From positions 29,822,001 to 29,886,000 of the forward strand of contig CM060734.1 of NCBI GenBank assembly GCA_030704615.1: a DNA stretch of 64,000 bases, read 5' to 3'. Below, piece by piece: positions 25,628 through 37,376 of the stretch. The position numbers and the translations under genes were made by a program. Positions within the stretch are counted from its first letter, which is position 1. Each line of letters begins with the position of its first letter. The DNA is from Takakia lepidozioides (lineage: Eukaryota > Plantae > Bryophyta). Under the pieces are notes generated by a model. That model made no database searches, was not told where the DNA came from, and was given only the letters and a program-made list of their open reading frames with translations.

Positions 25628-27031
25628 AATTCAGTAGTTCCTGCTAAAGAAGGGAAGAGGAAGGACTCCTTGAAAGGCAATCAGACAGACTGTATGATCT
25701 GAACAACAGTGAATGACTGTACCGATAGTCACCCACTCATTGTGCGGTAAACCCTTAGCAGAGGAGTAGAAAGCAAATCACCTTTGTGATGGTCGGTAGC
25801 GACAATCCCTGTCTGGGACATTCCACTCAATCTCTACGCATATCTTCAACAATGAAATGTAAGTTAGATAAAACTTATTGGCGTCTTCTTAGGTTTTGAA
25901 ATTGGATCCCCTTCCGCAGCTTTCCTCTTCCCTCTCACATCTGCTGGAATTTCTGTCTGCTCTAGGGTTTCTGGACCTTCTCCCGGTTCGGCGTTCCTCG
26001 TGCTTCCACCTCCTTCAGTGTCCCTGCGAATCATCTCTGCCTCCACAGGCTGGCGCACTCTTATCGCCGACTGTGTCACAGCCGCTGCCTCAGTCTCCGT
26101 CTGCTCTTCTGAATCAGTCTCCGCGTTCACCTGCTGCCTTGGCCCTGTGTTCTCCAACAAACGACTCCTCGTCATTTGCTCTCTTGCTCTGCGTCTCTCT
26201 CTAAGGGAAGTAAAATAAAGAGACTTTCTTCTCTTTCGTATTGTAGAATGAACCGTCTCCAGCTTGACTACCACTCTCTCTCTAAGCGCGAAAAGTAGAA
26301 AAACGCAGTGACTCCCGATTTCTTGCGGGATTGCCTGCGTTCTTGCGTGTCTCTAGAAGCATCGGATTCCCTCTCGCGTAACCGTTACACATAGTCGTTC
26401 CCTTATTAGTGCACATGCCAGCAATTGGTGTACAGCTGTTCGTATTCAGTTATGGATGTCTGACGTGTGTCGCCCAAAATAATTGGCGTGTTCTTTATTA
26501 GAACGGTTTCAATATTTAAAAATAACAGCGAATCCCAGAAATCTTGGCGCACAGTCTTACACAAATAAATGTAAATGAACGAGAGTTTGATGACAAATCT
26601 TGGAATATCATACACGGTCATCCTTGTTAGCCAAACCCCACATTCGTTTCACATTTGGAACTTTCCAGGTGCGCATGATCATTGGTAGTAGTATAAAGAT
26701 ACATTTACTTAATCTGCAATCCCATCCTCAGATCCTGTGGCATGCTTCCAGGAAGTCGGCTTTGTTATTGGGTTTATTGATGAGGTTCTGGTTAACGGTT
26801 TAACAGCTGCCGACACTACTCCTAGGGATACTCTGACCACTGGGCCCACAAGAAAAGTAATTAAAATGGACGGCTGCATATCTGGAAAGAATAACATAAT
26901 ATGCACAGTCGTTGTCTGAGCTTCCTCCGCCATATTCTCTGCTCATTCTTCAACTGTGTTCTGGAGACATCAGTAAACCGATTTACACTAGATCTGCGAT
27001 AGCAAGGTACAAACATACGCGAGGAAGGAAG

Positions 27032-30000
27032 ATGGCTTCCTCTGAAGCGGAGTTCTTTTCTGACGACAAACCAGTGCCGTTCTCCCAGGAAGTCCTTGAC
27101 AATGGATTTGCAATTGTTCTGGAACATGTCTTGGCTACCCGTTTTCAGCTGCAGAATGGCTCCATCTTGGAGAAAGATGTGTACGATCTTAAAGGGAAGT
27201 TGTTGAAATACTCTTTCCAAAACCGTGATGAGACGGCTCATATCAGCCAGTGGAGAGTGCGTCCTGGTCGATACAGAGTACTTGGAGAGCCTCGGCGAAA
27301 GTCCCTTGGGTCATATGTGACGCCCGGGACTGCTGCTTCGGTCATTGAAGACAAGAGGGAGGTGGTGGTGAAAAAAGAACAGACGTCCTCCACTCCAATC
27401 GTTGAGCTTTTGGATTCTTCCGATGATGACATAAGTGAAATTCCAAATCCAGTCCTTCCTACTGTGGTTGGAGAAGCTGATGAAGAAGAGATTTGTAGTG
27501 TCATTCCAAAATTGCGGGCGATGGGAGGAATGGCTGGATTCAAAAGTGAGTTGCGGGGAATTGATTGGGAATCTTTGAAGCAGGTGCCTGTGAAGTTCTT
27601 GCCGGAGACTTTTGATGGCGATATCCTATTCGATCTGCCTCCTCCTCCGCGAGTTGGAGGTGTAATAATCATGATGCATGGAATGGACAAGAAACACGAC
27701 GGGCACCCGTGGTGCAGAACAAAAACATCCAATATTCAGAATGATGACAAGCTTGTTTTCAGGAGGACAGTTTGCAATGGACACCTTAGGTGTGATAATT
27801 TGAATTGCAGACACTTTCTTCAGTCTGGGGTTCATAATCAAAGCGAATGGGAGGGTCTGGCGGAAAATCCATTTCAGCCTGGGACTGCCCCTCCACCGGC
27901 AAACACTTTCGTTGCAAATTCTGCAAACTTGTGCCATCCTGCTTGGCGCTCTGCGGAGCAAGAATGTACTATGTTGTCCACCGTTTGAAAACAATGACAA
28001 GAGCTTGTGTGCATTTTGGATTCCATAACCATCCTGTCTCGAAGAGGGATTACAGGGAGAGTGTTGAGACAGTATCGAGGTTGATTAAACAGGAGTTCGG
28101 GAGAAACCCATCCGCAACAACATCTGCAATTGCTCTTGGTGCAAGCAAGTCCTTCTTGGAAAGCCATATTTTGAGTGAAGGGGATTTTGTGGGGACTAAA
28201 CTTGACGGTGCAGCATTGGACCTGGTCATGGATCATTTCTCCACTTTAAGTTCACCGAACATTCGACATCAGATCAATGCATTGAGAATGGGCTCTGGGA
28301 TCAGAGGCTACATAGACAATATTTTGGAATTGAAACGAGTGAGCAAGTATGATTACATCCAGGACAATGTATTCCCAGGTCAAGGTGCCATCAAAGTTTT
28401 TCTTTTCAAAATGTCGACTGTTGGGGAGGGCAGTGGGGTTAGCCTCGTGAAGCGGATGCAGAAGACTGGGGACTTGCAGAACTGTTTTCTTATGTTTGAT
28501 CATGTGAAACGAGTGAAGGATTGGACAACAATGGCTTGTTATGTCTACGATCCAGTGTACCAACGAGTTATGACAATTGCAGTTTGTGACATGCAATCCG
28601 AGGATACGGAATCCCAGAAGCTCATGTGGAATTCCCTGATACGTGTCATGGGCTGCCATCTCCAAATTTCGCAGGTTTCATGGCGGATAGTGCTCAAGCA
28701 AATTTCAATGCTGTTCGTATTGTCTTCGGATCGGGCGACCCAAAAGTTCCAATGCGAGGAAGAGAGCGTACATGTCTATTCCATTGGACACAATCTCTGG
28801 AAAAACATACAAAGTCGGATATCAAACCAGAGATGCAGACTCAGCACCGTAAATTGTGCAAAAAGTACAAAGATGCTAGAACAATGAAGGAGGCGGACAC
28901 TTTGTTCCAGACAATTCGTGCGTGGTGGTTCTCTTCTGGAGCTACATCACTTGAAAGTATGAGAGCATTGGAAGATTGGCTGGCGTTTTGGCACTTCCGG
29001 TATAGACAGTGGGGAGCAGCCATGCCATTGGTACGAGGCTTATATTTATTGCTTTTTCATACATTTGTTTTCCATTTTATTGTGTCCTCGCTTTCTTTAT
29101 GTTGTTTTCTGTTCACTGTTTTGAAGTGTGGTTCTGCACTTTGCAGAACATGTCCATTGAGGAAATGGCGGACATGCCATCTTGCAATTTGGCAGAAACT
29201 GTGCACAACGCATGGTTGCAGAAGTCTGGGAAACGAGGTCGGGATTTGTATGTGGCAACAACAGATGATTTGATACGTGCCTTGCAACAACAAACCCGAT
29301 ACCGTGATTTCTTACGAGGTGAGGTTGGTGGCAAGGGTCCGGACAAATGGGATTTGATGTTGCGTGCTGCAAACAGATCTGGGGATCCAATCAAGATAGC
29401 ACGGGCGGTGAGCATGTATGCCCAAGGAATGCCACTTGTTTCTAGAGTTCCACATCTTGAAGGGGAGGAGAGATTCGGCTCCTGTAAGAGGAAATTGAAC
29501 ACTCCACCTGGTTCGGATTCAGATTCCCACAGGGCAGACCGTGATAACTTCTCGAAGCCTCGTGTTCCCCTGCATGACAGCTCCATGTCTGGAACCTCCA
29601 TTGTGGAGGAACCTCCAACACGACGGCAAGCTCCAGCATCAAACAGTGCCACTGAAATGGTGCAGGAGAGAAACAACCCCCTTGATGTGCTTGAGTCCGC
29701 ATGCCCTGACCACGTTTGGTACATAGAACGCACAAGTGTAGGGCCTCGTGTGAAATGTACAGCGATCAGGGCAACTAATTTCGAGAAGTGCACTTCATCT
29801 ATATCCAGAGGTGGTGCCCGAACTCCTGCTCCGACTTTCACGGGCTTGATGCGTCCATACGGTCAACCAGAAGCCAAGAACCACAAGTTCTGGTTCTGCG
29901 CAGATGATTGTGCCAGATGTGTGCATGGAACTGTGCGTCATTCCGTAGTGATGAAGCCATCTCCTCCAACCGTTTGGCCCGTGAAGGTGGGAACACATCT

Positions 30001-30531
30001 CAGCTTTCAGGAGATTGAAATGCTGGAGGAGGCAGGTTTTTCCCTTGCGAGACAACCCCAACTCCATGCATGTGCTACTACTTCTGCGTCCTCCCGGGTC
30101 CCCCCGGCAAATCCTGACTTGTGGCCACCAAACGAGATGGAAAACTCGTTCGGCGTTTCCCTCCAACCGCTGAACACTTTGGCAAAGTGGAGTCCGCAAG
30201 AATGCTCCAAGCTCGTGTTGGAAGCACCACGGAAGTACCCGATCCAGGATATGGTCGGGTATTCACAATCATCACTTCCACATCTGCTGTTCATGACAGG
30301 ACCTACGACATCACGGTTTCCAATTTCCCCAATTGCACATGTCCTGATTTTGTGAATATGATATCAACCAGTTTGGGCAAGAAAGGTAAATTCATACCCT
30401 GCAAACATTTGTATTTCATATTTTTGAAGAGGATGGTTTGCGATCCCAAACGTGACAACTTCATTCACTAGGCCACTATGAGTTTCAACGAGGTCGATAC
30501 TCTTTTGCAGCGGGATACAACACATGGGTAG
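27032..30531 (+). pseudogene. MULE transposase (Cys/His N-terminal domain, DDE core, C-terminal SWIM finger), frameshifted
   Basis: FLMFDHVKR, FMADSAQA, TCLFHWTQ (CxxH), CNLAETVH; SWIM CTCPDF...PCKHLYF; intron at about 29031-29147; frameshifts near 27900, 28650 and 30125. Confidence 0.87.
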
Positions 30532-31130
30532 CATCAACTATGCAATGTGGTATGTGGACGACCATGATTTGAAATGTGTAATTCACATCAATTCGTCGGC
30601 GGTGCAATGATATGGCCTCCAACTATACGGAGTGAGCTCCGAGTGACAACTTTTAGGTAGTGCACATTTGTCATTGCACCGTTCGAAGTCTACATGTCTT
30701 GCTGTCGCTATGCACTACAATCATCTTTTGAAGATGATCCTAACTCTCATTGTTATTTGAGGAGGGATGAAGGTCTTCCCGTGGCAGCCTTTATGGCGCA
30801 CACTTTGTGAGGATATTTTTTCGTCATCGTAATTGTAAAAGTGAAACAAGCATTTGTAATTGCACAATGTTGGATGCTGCAATTGTAGGCCTCAACGCTC
30901 GTCTTGATTCTATTTAGGCAAGATTCCCTGCATTAATTCCACGGTCATAGGACCATCCACGGTTATAGGCGGCGCATGTTAATGCTGACGTGGCAGATGA
31001 CGGACAGTGCCACGTCATCATTTACCGCCACATCAGCATGCTGACATGACGCTCACGCCACGTCAGCGTGTGTGCAGGCTCACGCCACGTCACTCCTGCG
31101 TGAGCGTACGCTCACGCCATTGCGTCGTTG

Positions 31131-32594
31131 TTTCGAAGGCCCTACAGGTATAGTGACATGGAGAGGTCTTTAATCCAGTCATGGACTATGGAGTTGTTCA
31201 AAGCTGGATTGGTGGAGTTGTCAGGCGGGGAGTATGCCTCGGCAATGGTGATGCCAGCTAAGAAGGATATCTATGGCAGTTGGACAGAAAAGATGATATG
31301 TGGGGACTACCATTCTGTGAACCGTCAGACTAAGTCCGATAGATATGCCATGCTAACTCCAGAGGAGATCTTTGATGTCATTGGGCATGCAAAGGTGTTT
31401 AGCACATTTGACTTGCGATCCCGTTACCACCAATTGCCAATCATTCTGGGGGATTGACCAACATGGGAAGGATTGCTTGTACCAATGGTGGTTCCTACCG
31501 TTTGGGTTGAAGAATGCTCCTGCAGAGTTTCAGAGGGTCATGGATAAGATTCTTGCAGGGCTAGACTTCGTCCGGTGCTACATTGATGACATCATCATCT
31601 TTAGTGCCACGGTTGAGGAGCATGAGAGACACCTTCAGATGGTGTTTGAGCGCTTAAGAGCGCATGGGTTGAAATTGCACCCTGAGAAGTGCAAGTTCTT
31701 CCACAATCAGATTGAGTATCTAGGCCATATGATATACCCTGGAGGATTGGGTGTTCAACAGACAAAGGTGGAGGCCATTGCACGCATTCCACGCCCCATA
31801 GATGTTAGCAGAGTTCGTGCTTTCATGGGGTTGACAAACTACTATCGATGGTTTGTCAAGGGATTTAACAACATTGCAAATGCTCTTACCAAGTTGACCA
31901 AGATGGGTCAGGAGCGGCAGTGGGAGGAGGAGCAGGAGGAAGCCTTTGAGGAACTCAAGGCTCGATTGACTTCTGCACCTATTTTGAGGCGGCCTATTCG
32001 TGGGCGGCCTTTCCAGCTACATACAGATTGAAGTATGCTGGGGATTGGAGCAGTGCTCACACAGATGGATGATGAGGGAAGAGAGTTCGTAGTGGCATAT
32101 GCTAGCCGTTCGAACAATTCCAGGTGGTGCATCGAGCCAGTATACCTAATTGGGATGCAGATGGGTTGAGTCGTAACCCATGCATGAGAGAGCATGATGA
32201 TACTGGAGCTCGGTGACATGGTGAGACGGATGAGGAGATGGTGCCAAGATGACATGCATCTGTCTTTCTATGCATTCTAGCAATGAGAGCTCAAACTGGT
32301 CTACCCCATGGGATTGGTCATGACGATCCAGAGATCAGTGGGGACTTGGTGGTGCTAAGGATGTGCATGAAGATGCAGCAGTGTTAGCCTACCTTCGTAC
32401 CGGAGAATCAGCAGTCGGCTGACTGCTAAGGAGAGAGATCGGATCCTACAACGGGCCAAGAGGTTCAAGTGGGAGGGGACTCACCTACTTCGGGTATGGG
32501 AGGATGTACGAATGAGGATTGTGCCTCATCCAACACAACGAGCGCGATTGGTACGCCATGCCCGTGAGGAGTTGGGACATTTTGGTGTGCGATT
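31131..32594 (+). mobile_element. DNMT-Ty3 copy A, 3' half (RT, RNase H, integrase start; rest deleted)
   Basis: Resumes FRRPYRYS exactly after the TSD; YIDDIIIFS; FQLHTD; breaks off after EELGHFGV. Confidence 0.9.
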
Positions 32595-32679
32595 GAAGAC
32601 CAAGCGATGATCTTATTGAGATGAATACTTGTCAGCTATCCGGTGTTAGAGGGACCTAATCACCAGCTAGGGGGGCGAT

Positions 32680-33235
32680 TGTGGCATAGTTTTCTAGGAT
32701 TGTGTGCTTAAAATGTATGGTGGGCAGCGATGTATGTTGTGGCGCGATGCTTAGGTGCACGACAGACGCTGTCATGGTTTTAGTCATGGTTAACTAGAAT
32801 TACCTACTTCTAGTTAACTATGACATTTTAGATATTTATATTTGTATTTTGTGTGTTGGTACTTCATTTGGTCTCATATGCCAATTGAGGTATCAAGCCT
32901 CACTTGGGACATGGGGATGGGTTCTCTCCTTGTGAGGGGTTGAGGAGGGCTCATCTTCTTGGCTCATCTTCTTGTAGTTGAGCCTCTATGAGTCTCTCCC
33001 ACCTCCATAGCTCTAAGTATTGAGAGAGAGTGTGGTGAGGGCTTGGTAGGGTGGATTCTTTTAGCAAAGGTACCCTTGGCTTGACTTAGTTTATGAGATT
33101 GAGTGGATTCATGAGTGGAGTGTTTCCATTGCGTTCACTTTCATTATCATTGTGGCATAGCTTTCTAGGATTGTGTGCTTAGAATGTGTGGTGGACAACG
33201 ATGTATGTTGTAGCACGATGCTTAGGTGCACGACA
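32680..33235 (+). repeat. 3' LTR of copy A, bounded by an 85-bp direct repeat
   Basis: Preceded by PPT AGGGGGGCGAT; TGTGGCA...CACGACA; 32680-32764 is repeated at 33151-33235; the interior is homologous to the reverse complement of 37720-38045. Confidence 0.75.
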
Positions 33236-33239
33236 AAAA

Positions 33240-34170
33240 CTTTGCTGGAAGCTAAGGAAAGAAGAATGCGAATCCAAGAGAGAAAGATACTAGTGATCCC
33301 AGTGATCCCAGTGGCCTCCAGGGCACCCAAACGGGGCACCCAAAAGGTAATCCCAATTGATGTTGTCAAAAGCTTTTTGGAAATCCAGCATCAGCAACGC
33401 TGGAGGTTAATGAGCATCACAAGCCATTTGAAGAGCTTCGTTGGTTAACAAGATGTTGTCCAAGATCATTCTGTTCCTAATGATTCCCGTTTACTCAGGC
33501 CTGATAAGCTTGGGCAGCAAAGGTTGCAGGCGCAAAGCTAGGGCCTTAGCCAAAATTTTGTACATCGAATTCAAGAGAATTATGGGCCTATAATTGTTCA
33601 GATCCTCCCTGTTCTCTTTCTTGTCAATAAGAGTAATCACTTTTGTGAAAGCTGAGATGGCATAATGCCTTTATCTAGGATATCATTGGCCATCGACACA
33701 AAATCTTCCCCAATGCAATCCCACAATGCTTTGAAAAATTCCACTGGCAGGCCATCCATCCCCGGAGTTTTCATCGAACTGAGGGAATCCGTGGCAAAAA
33801 GAAGCTCCATTGAATCGAATGACTTAGAGAGCAGAGCCTGATCTTCGAGGGAAAAAAGTTTAGGGAAGGAGTGAAGAACCTCAAGCCTGGAAGCCAGAGT
33901 GCTCGGGCTGTCCACATTTTTGGAGAACAAAGCCAAGAAATGAGTTGCAGCAACAGTTGCCATTTCCTTGGGCTTGTCCAAGAGCTGACTGGAAGCGTCT
34001 TTGATAGAGGTAAGAAGAGAAGCTTCCCTCCTTTGCTTAGCTTTTTGAAAGAAGTAGGCATTCATTTTCTCTCCTTTGAGAGACCATTTGACCCTCGTTC
34101 TTATCCTTATGAAGTGATATGTTTCTGCCTCCAAGGCGGGTTTTACAACATGAATTGCTAGCAGGTAGCT
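33240..34170 (-). mobile_element. LINE (L1-like) ORF2 fragment
   Basis: RVKWSLKGEKMNAYFF...KTPGMDGLPVEFFKALWDCIG, then in another frame ITLIDKKENREDLNNYRPIILLNSMYKILAKALA. Confidence 0.88.
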
Positions 34171-35224
34171 CCAAAAATAAGCTCAACTAGACTCACTAAC
34201 AAGACGTAAGTATATCCTTCTCTGGGCAGGGAAAAAAATGAAGAAATACCAACCCAACAAGGAACACACCATAGAGAATGATAAACAAAACAGGCATCAC
34301 TGTCAAGATTCAAGAAAGGCAATTAACCACCTGTGTTCAAATGCACAATGCAAGAAGTATAGAATCAGGCGTGAAAGATCGCAGCGGTGGCTCGTACTTG
34401 TAGAGTTCAAGTGGAAAGTTACTAGTCATGATCATCATTTGGATGGCAATCTGCCATCTCTTTCCAGGCGCTACGACAGAAACATTCATGCTTGTAGGAA
34501 CCTAATTCCAGATATGCCGCACACCAAATCGACTGGCCACGAACTTGAACGAAACTTACCAAGGGTAGAGTCAGGCAACAATCAAGTGCTTTTCCAGCGA
34601 TGGCACACCCGAGCACCCCCGCCCAAGCTCCTCCTCTACTCCTCTACCCTCGTGCCTCTGCTGTTATGGCAGCAACACACAATGTTGCACTTTATAAGCT
34701 CTGCTCGCATCGCCCGCTTCCTCTGCTACCACCACCCAAGCGCGCCCATAGAAACACAGAAATGAAAATGAACTTCACGCATGCGTAGAGTTGATGAAAC
34801 AATCACAAGCTAAACCCTAAAAATCTTACAAAATGGTAAGCAAACTTTTGTGATCAAACATTCCCAATCTCTTCCCAATCTCTTCACATTCCCAATCCCA
34901 ATCAACTCGTACGTCCTCGCTAGCTTCTAGTTGCGCATCGCGCGTCATACATGGCAGCTCGTCGTCCCCGCGCTTCAGTCTAGCCCAATGCAACCAGCCA
35001 TCTTCCAGCCACCCCCCGATGAAGGCGACCTCCAATCGACGTAATAACTTGATGTACAAAAACAATCAACGGCTACAATAAATTCAACTTTTTCCGACTT
35101 CGTTCCCGCGTGCTGCGTTTTCTACTTCATATGTCCATTTTTTATGGACTGCAAGTTGCCGCTTTTGGATGGCCCGTACCATGCTTCTACCCATATGTCG
35201 CTTGTTTTTTTATATAATTTTAAA

Positions 35225-35798
35225 TTTACTGACCGCCATATGGCAATCGTTTGTTTTTCTATATATATATTTTAAATTAAGCGACCGCCCAATGGCGGTT
35301 GCTGGTTTTTTTTAATATATTTTGAAATTATCCGACCGCCATATGACGGTCGCTTGTTTTTTTTTTTTTTTTTGAAATTATCCGACCGCCATATGCCGGT
35401 CACTTGTTCTGTATATATTTGCAAAATTGTGCGACCGCCAGTACGGCAGTCGCTTGTTTCTTTTTTAAATTAGGCGACCACCAATCTTGTTCTTTAAAAA
35501 AAAAAATTGAAGCGACCGCCAAGATAGCGGTCGCTATTTTTTTTTTAAAAATTCGAAAAATAAAGCGACTGCCAATGCGACCGCCAATCTTGCTTTTGAA
35601 AAAAATAAATTGAAGTGACCGCCAATTATGGCGGTCACTATTTCTTTTTTAATTTCGAAAACAAAGCAACCGCCATAATTGGCGGTCGCGTTCATTTTGT
35701 TAATTTTCAAAATGTATTTGCCACCGCCACCGTGTCGGCGACATGGCTGCTTAAGTGGCAGTATTTTACCTGGTACTATTTTTACCAGAATATTCCCC
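35225..35798. repeat. Array of GCGACCGCC-N4-6-GGCGGTCGC palindromes between A/T tracts, probably a DNA-transposon subterminal region
   Basis: About 8-10 variants roughly 45-60 bp apart; ends in GGTACTATTTTTACCAGAATATTCCCC, resembling a Mutator-type TIR end. Confidence 0.55.
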
Positions 35799-35884
35799 GA
35801 ACCTGACGTGACGAAGGTCCCGTCAGCGTCAGGTCTGACGTGACCTAACGATGACGGACGGACGTGACGCTGATAACCGGGGTT

Positions 35885-37284
35885 TGAAGACTGAGCAGAA
35901 GCCTGCTACAGCAAATTGGTTCAGACGCTAGAAGACTGGTTGAGCAGACTGGTTCACCAGGCTGGTCGAGACGCCACAAGACTGGTTGGCAGACAGGTCA
36001 ACAGAGGTATAGTCAAAGGGACAAGCTCCTGTTTGGTATACTAACAGAGGTATAGTCTGAGCATACACTACTAGGGTTTGTAATGAAGAGCTAGAATGCA
36101 AGTCCTTGACTTCTATGCTTCTACTCAAGCAAAAATATGGTCTCTAGGTGGTCATAAGATGCATCTTCTTGCTCTCTTCCACCCCAATGTGCAACCAAGA
36201 GTGGTCCAACTCAACTTGCAAGTCATTGTCCACCAAATCAATCCCCCTTCTAGTCCTTGAGATTTGATTGCAAACTACCATATCTCCATTGTCGAGCAAT
36301 CATGCATTTGTCTCCTCATCACTTGACAATTGCTCCAAATCAACACAAATTATCTCAATGTGTAGGAGCAATGCTTGTCACTTACAATAATGTTCCCAAG
36401 CAATCCGCCTTGGATACCACTCTCACGCCATATGCCTCATTTGGGGTCTTGCACCAATCCATCATCCATGTGCTCCCCTTGGTCATTTGAATGCATGTTC
36501 CATGATCTCTTGGCCTATGGGTTGCTCTCCTTCATCATAACATGAATCAACACCTCTCCACTTCACACACAAATGGATCTCAAGGCCTTCACCTCTTGCT
36601 AGTTCAAGAGCTCCCCTTCTCAAACTTGAACTTACAAACTCAAGAGAGCATGCTCCACACATGCACCACTTGCTTGGTCAACTATCCACCACAAAGCTCG
36701 CACTACCAAGAGCATGAATAGCCAAGTATTGCCTCCCCCTCTTGTCACATTACATAGTTAGGGTGAAGCTATGCATACATTGAATGATGATTTCCCTTCA
36801 AGGATTCCCACCATATGTTCTACAAACCCTTCCAATGGCGCCCTAAGCTTGGCTCCACACCACCATGATTGGAAGATTTTTTCACAAGCTCCCTTTCAAA
36901 ACCTCTTGAGCTTCTTAGTGCTCTCCAGGTGCTTGCCCTTGTTGTCTTCAAGCCCAAGCATATGTAACTCCTTGGCTTCTCTTCCACAACATCCACACTT
37001 TGAACTTGCTTAACCCTGGCTTGACAGTGAAATGAGCACTAACAAGCCTTTAGTCACTCTCCACAAGCCATGGCACACATCATTGACTCCATAATGCATA
37101 CAAAGGATTCTCACTGACATGAAGGCAAGAAGGAATACAAACATGAAGCACTTCCATGATACACTAGTTGTAGGTCATGCTGATTGTTCTGAGTGGGATG
37201 AGTGCTTAGAGATATCCAACTCCTCTATCTCGGAGTTCCCACCTCGGATAGTAAAGGGGATGGGTGAGTAAAAGCCGCTCGACA
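35885..37284 (+). repeat. LTR-like segment whose last 170 bp or so match the Ogre/Tat-like LTR end
   Basis: About 37115-37284 is the reverse complement of 54927-55095 and partly of 2081-2210; ends CTCGACA. The left boundary (TGAAGAC) is uncertain and there is no TSD. Confidence 0.45.
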
Positions 37285-37376
37285 TGGACTAGTGGTATAC
37301 TAGTGTGTGGTGTGCACATGTCTTGTGTGGTTTTGGACAGCGATGTAGTTGTGTAGCGATATATATGGGCACGACA

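Larger units (their letters stand above)
20573..26175 (-). pseudogene. Multi-exon MULE accessory gene: ParB/Srx-like domain, Lys-rich linker, beta-class N4C/N6A-methyltransferase-like domain
   Basis: Exons with GT-AG boundaries. FYVWDGNHRLLAW (ParB-like) in 24510-25208; DIVILDIPDG...WNKF...FLSDAGTLLLF at about 21640-21480; PWRGAKEKSPAFMQILLES...VVDLSVSTG (read with the help of copy 2); GATYHACKAGGRSLFGMEGD. Frameshifts and a TAG at 20956-20958. Confidence 0.75.
19540..31130 (+). mobile_element. Mutator-like DNA transposon (MULE) copy 1, full length, 11591 bp
   Basis: 9-bp TSD TTTCGAAGG at 19531-19539 and 31131-31139, with the uninterrupted site visible in copy C near 44845. Imperfect TIRs CAGGGATGCCTCGGCGTGAGC vs CAACGACGCAATGGCGTGAGC (15/21). 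Contains a MULE transposase. Confidence 0.92.

Noticed and set aside
34238-34765. 175-aa ORF as a host gene
   Set aside because: No recognisable motifs; it lies between transposon fragments.
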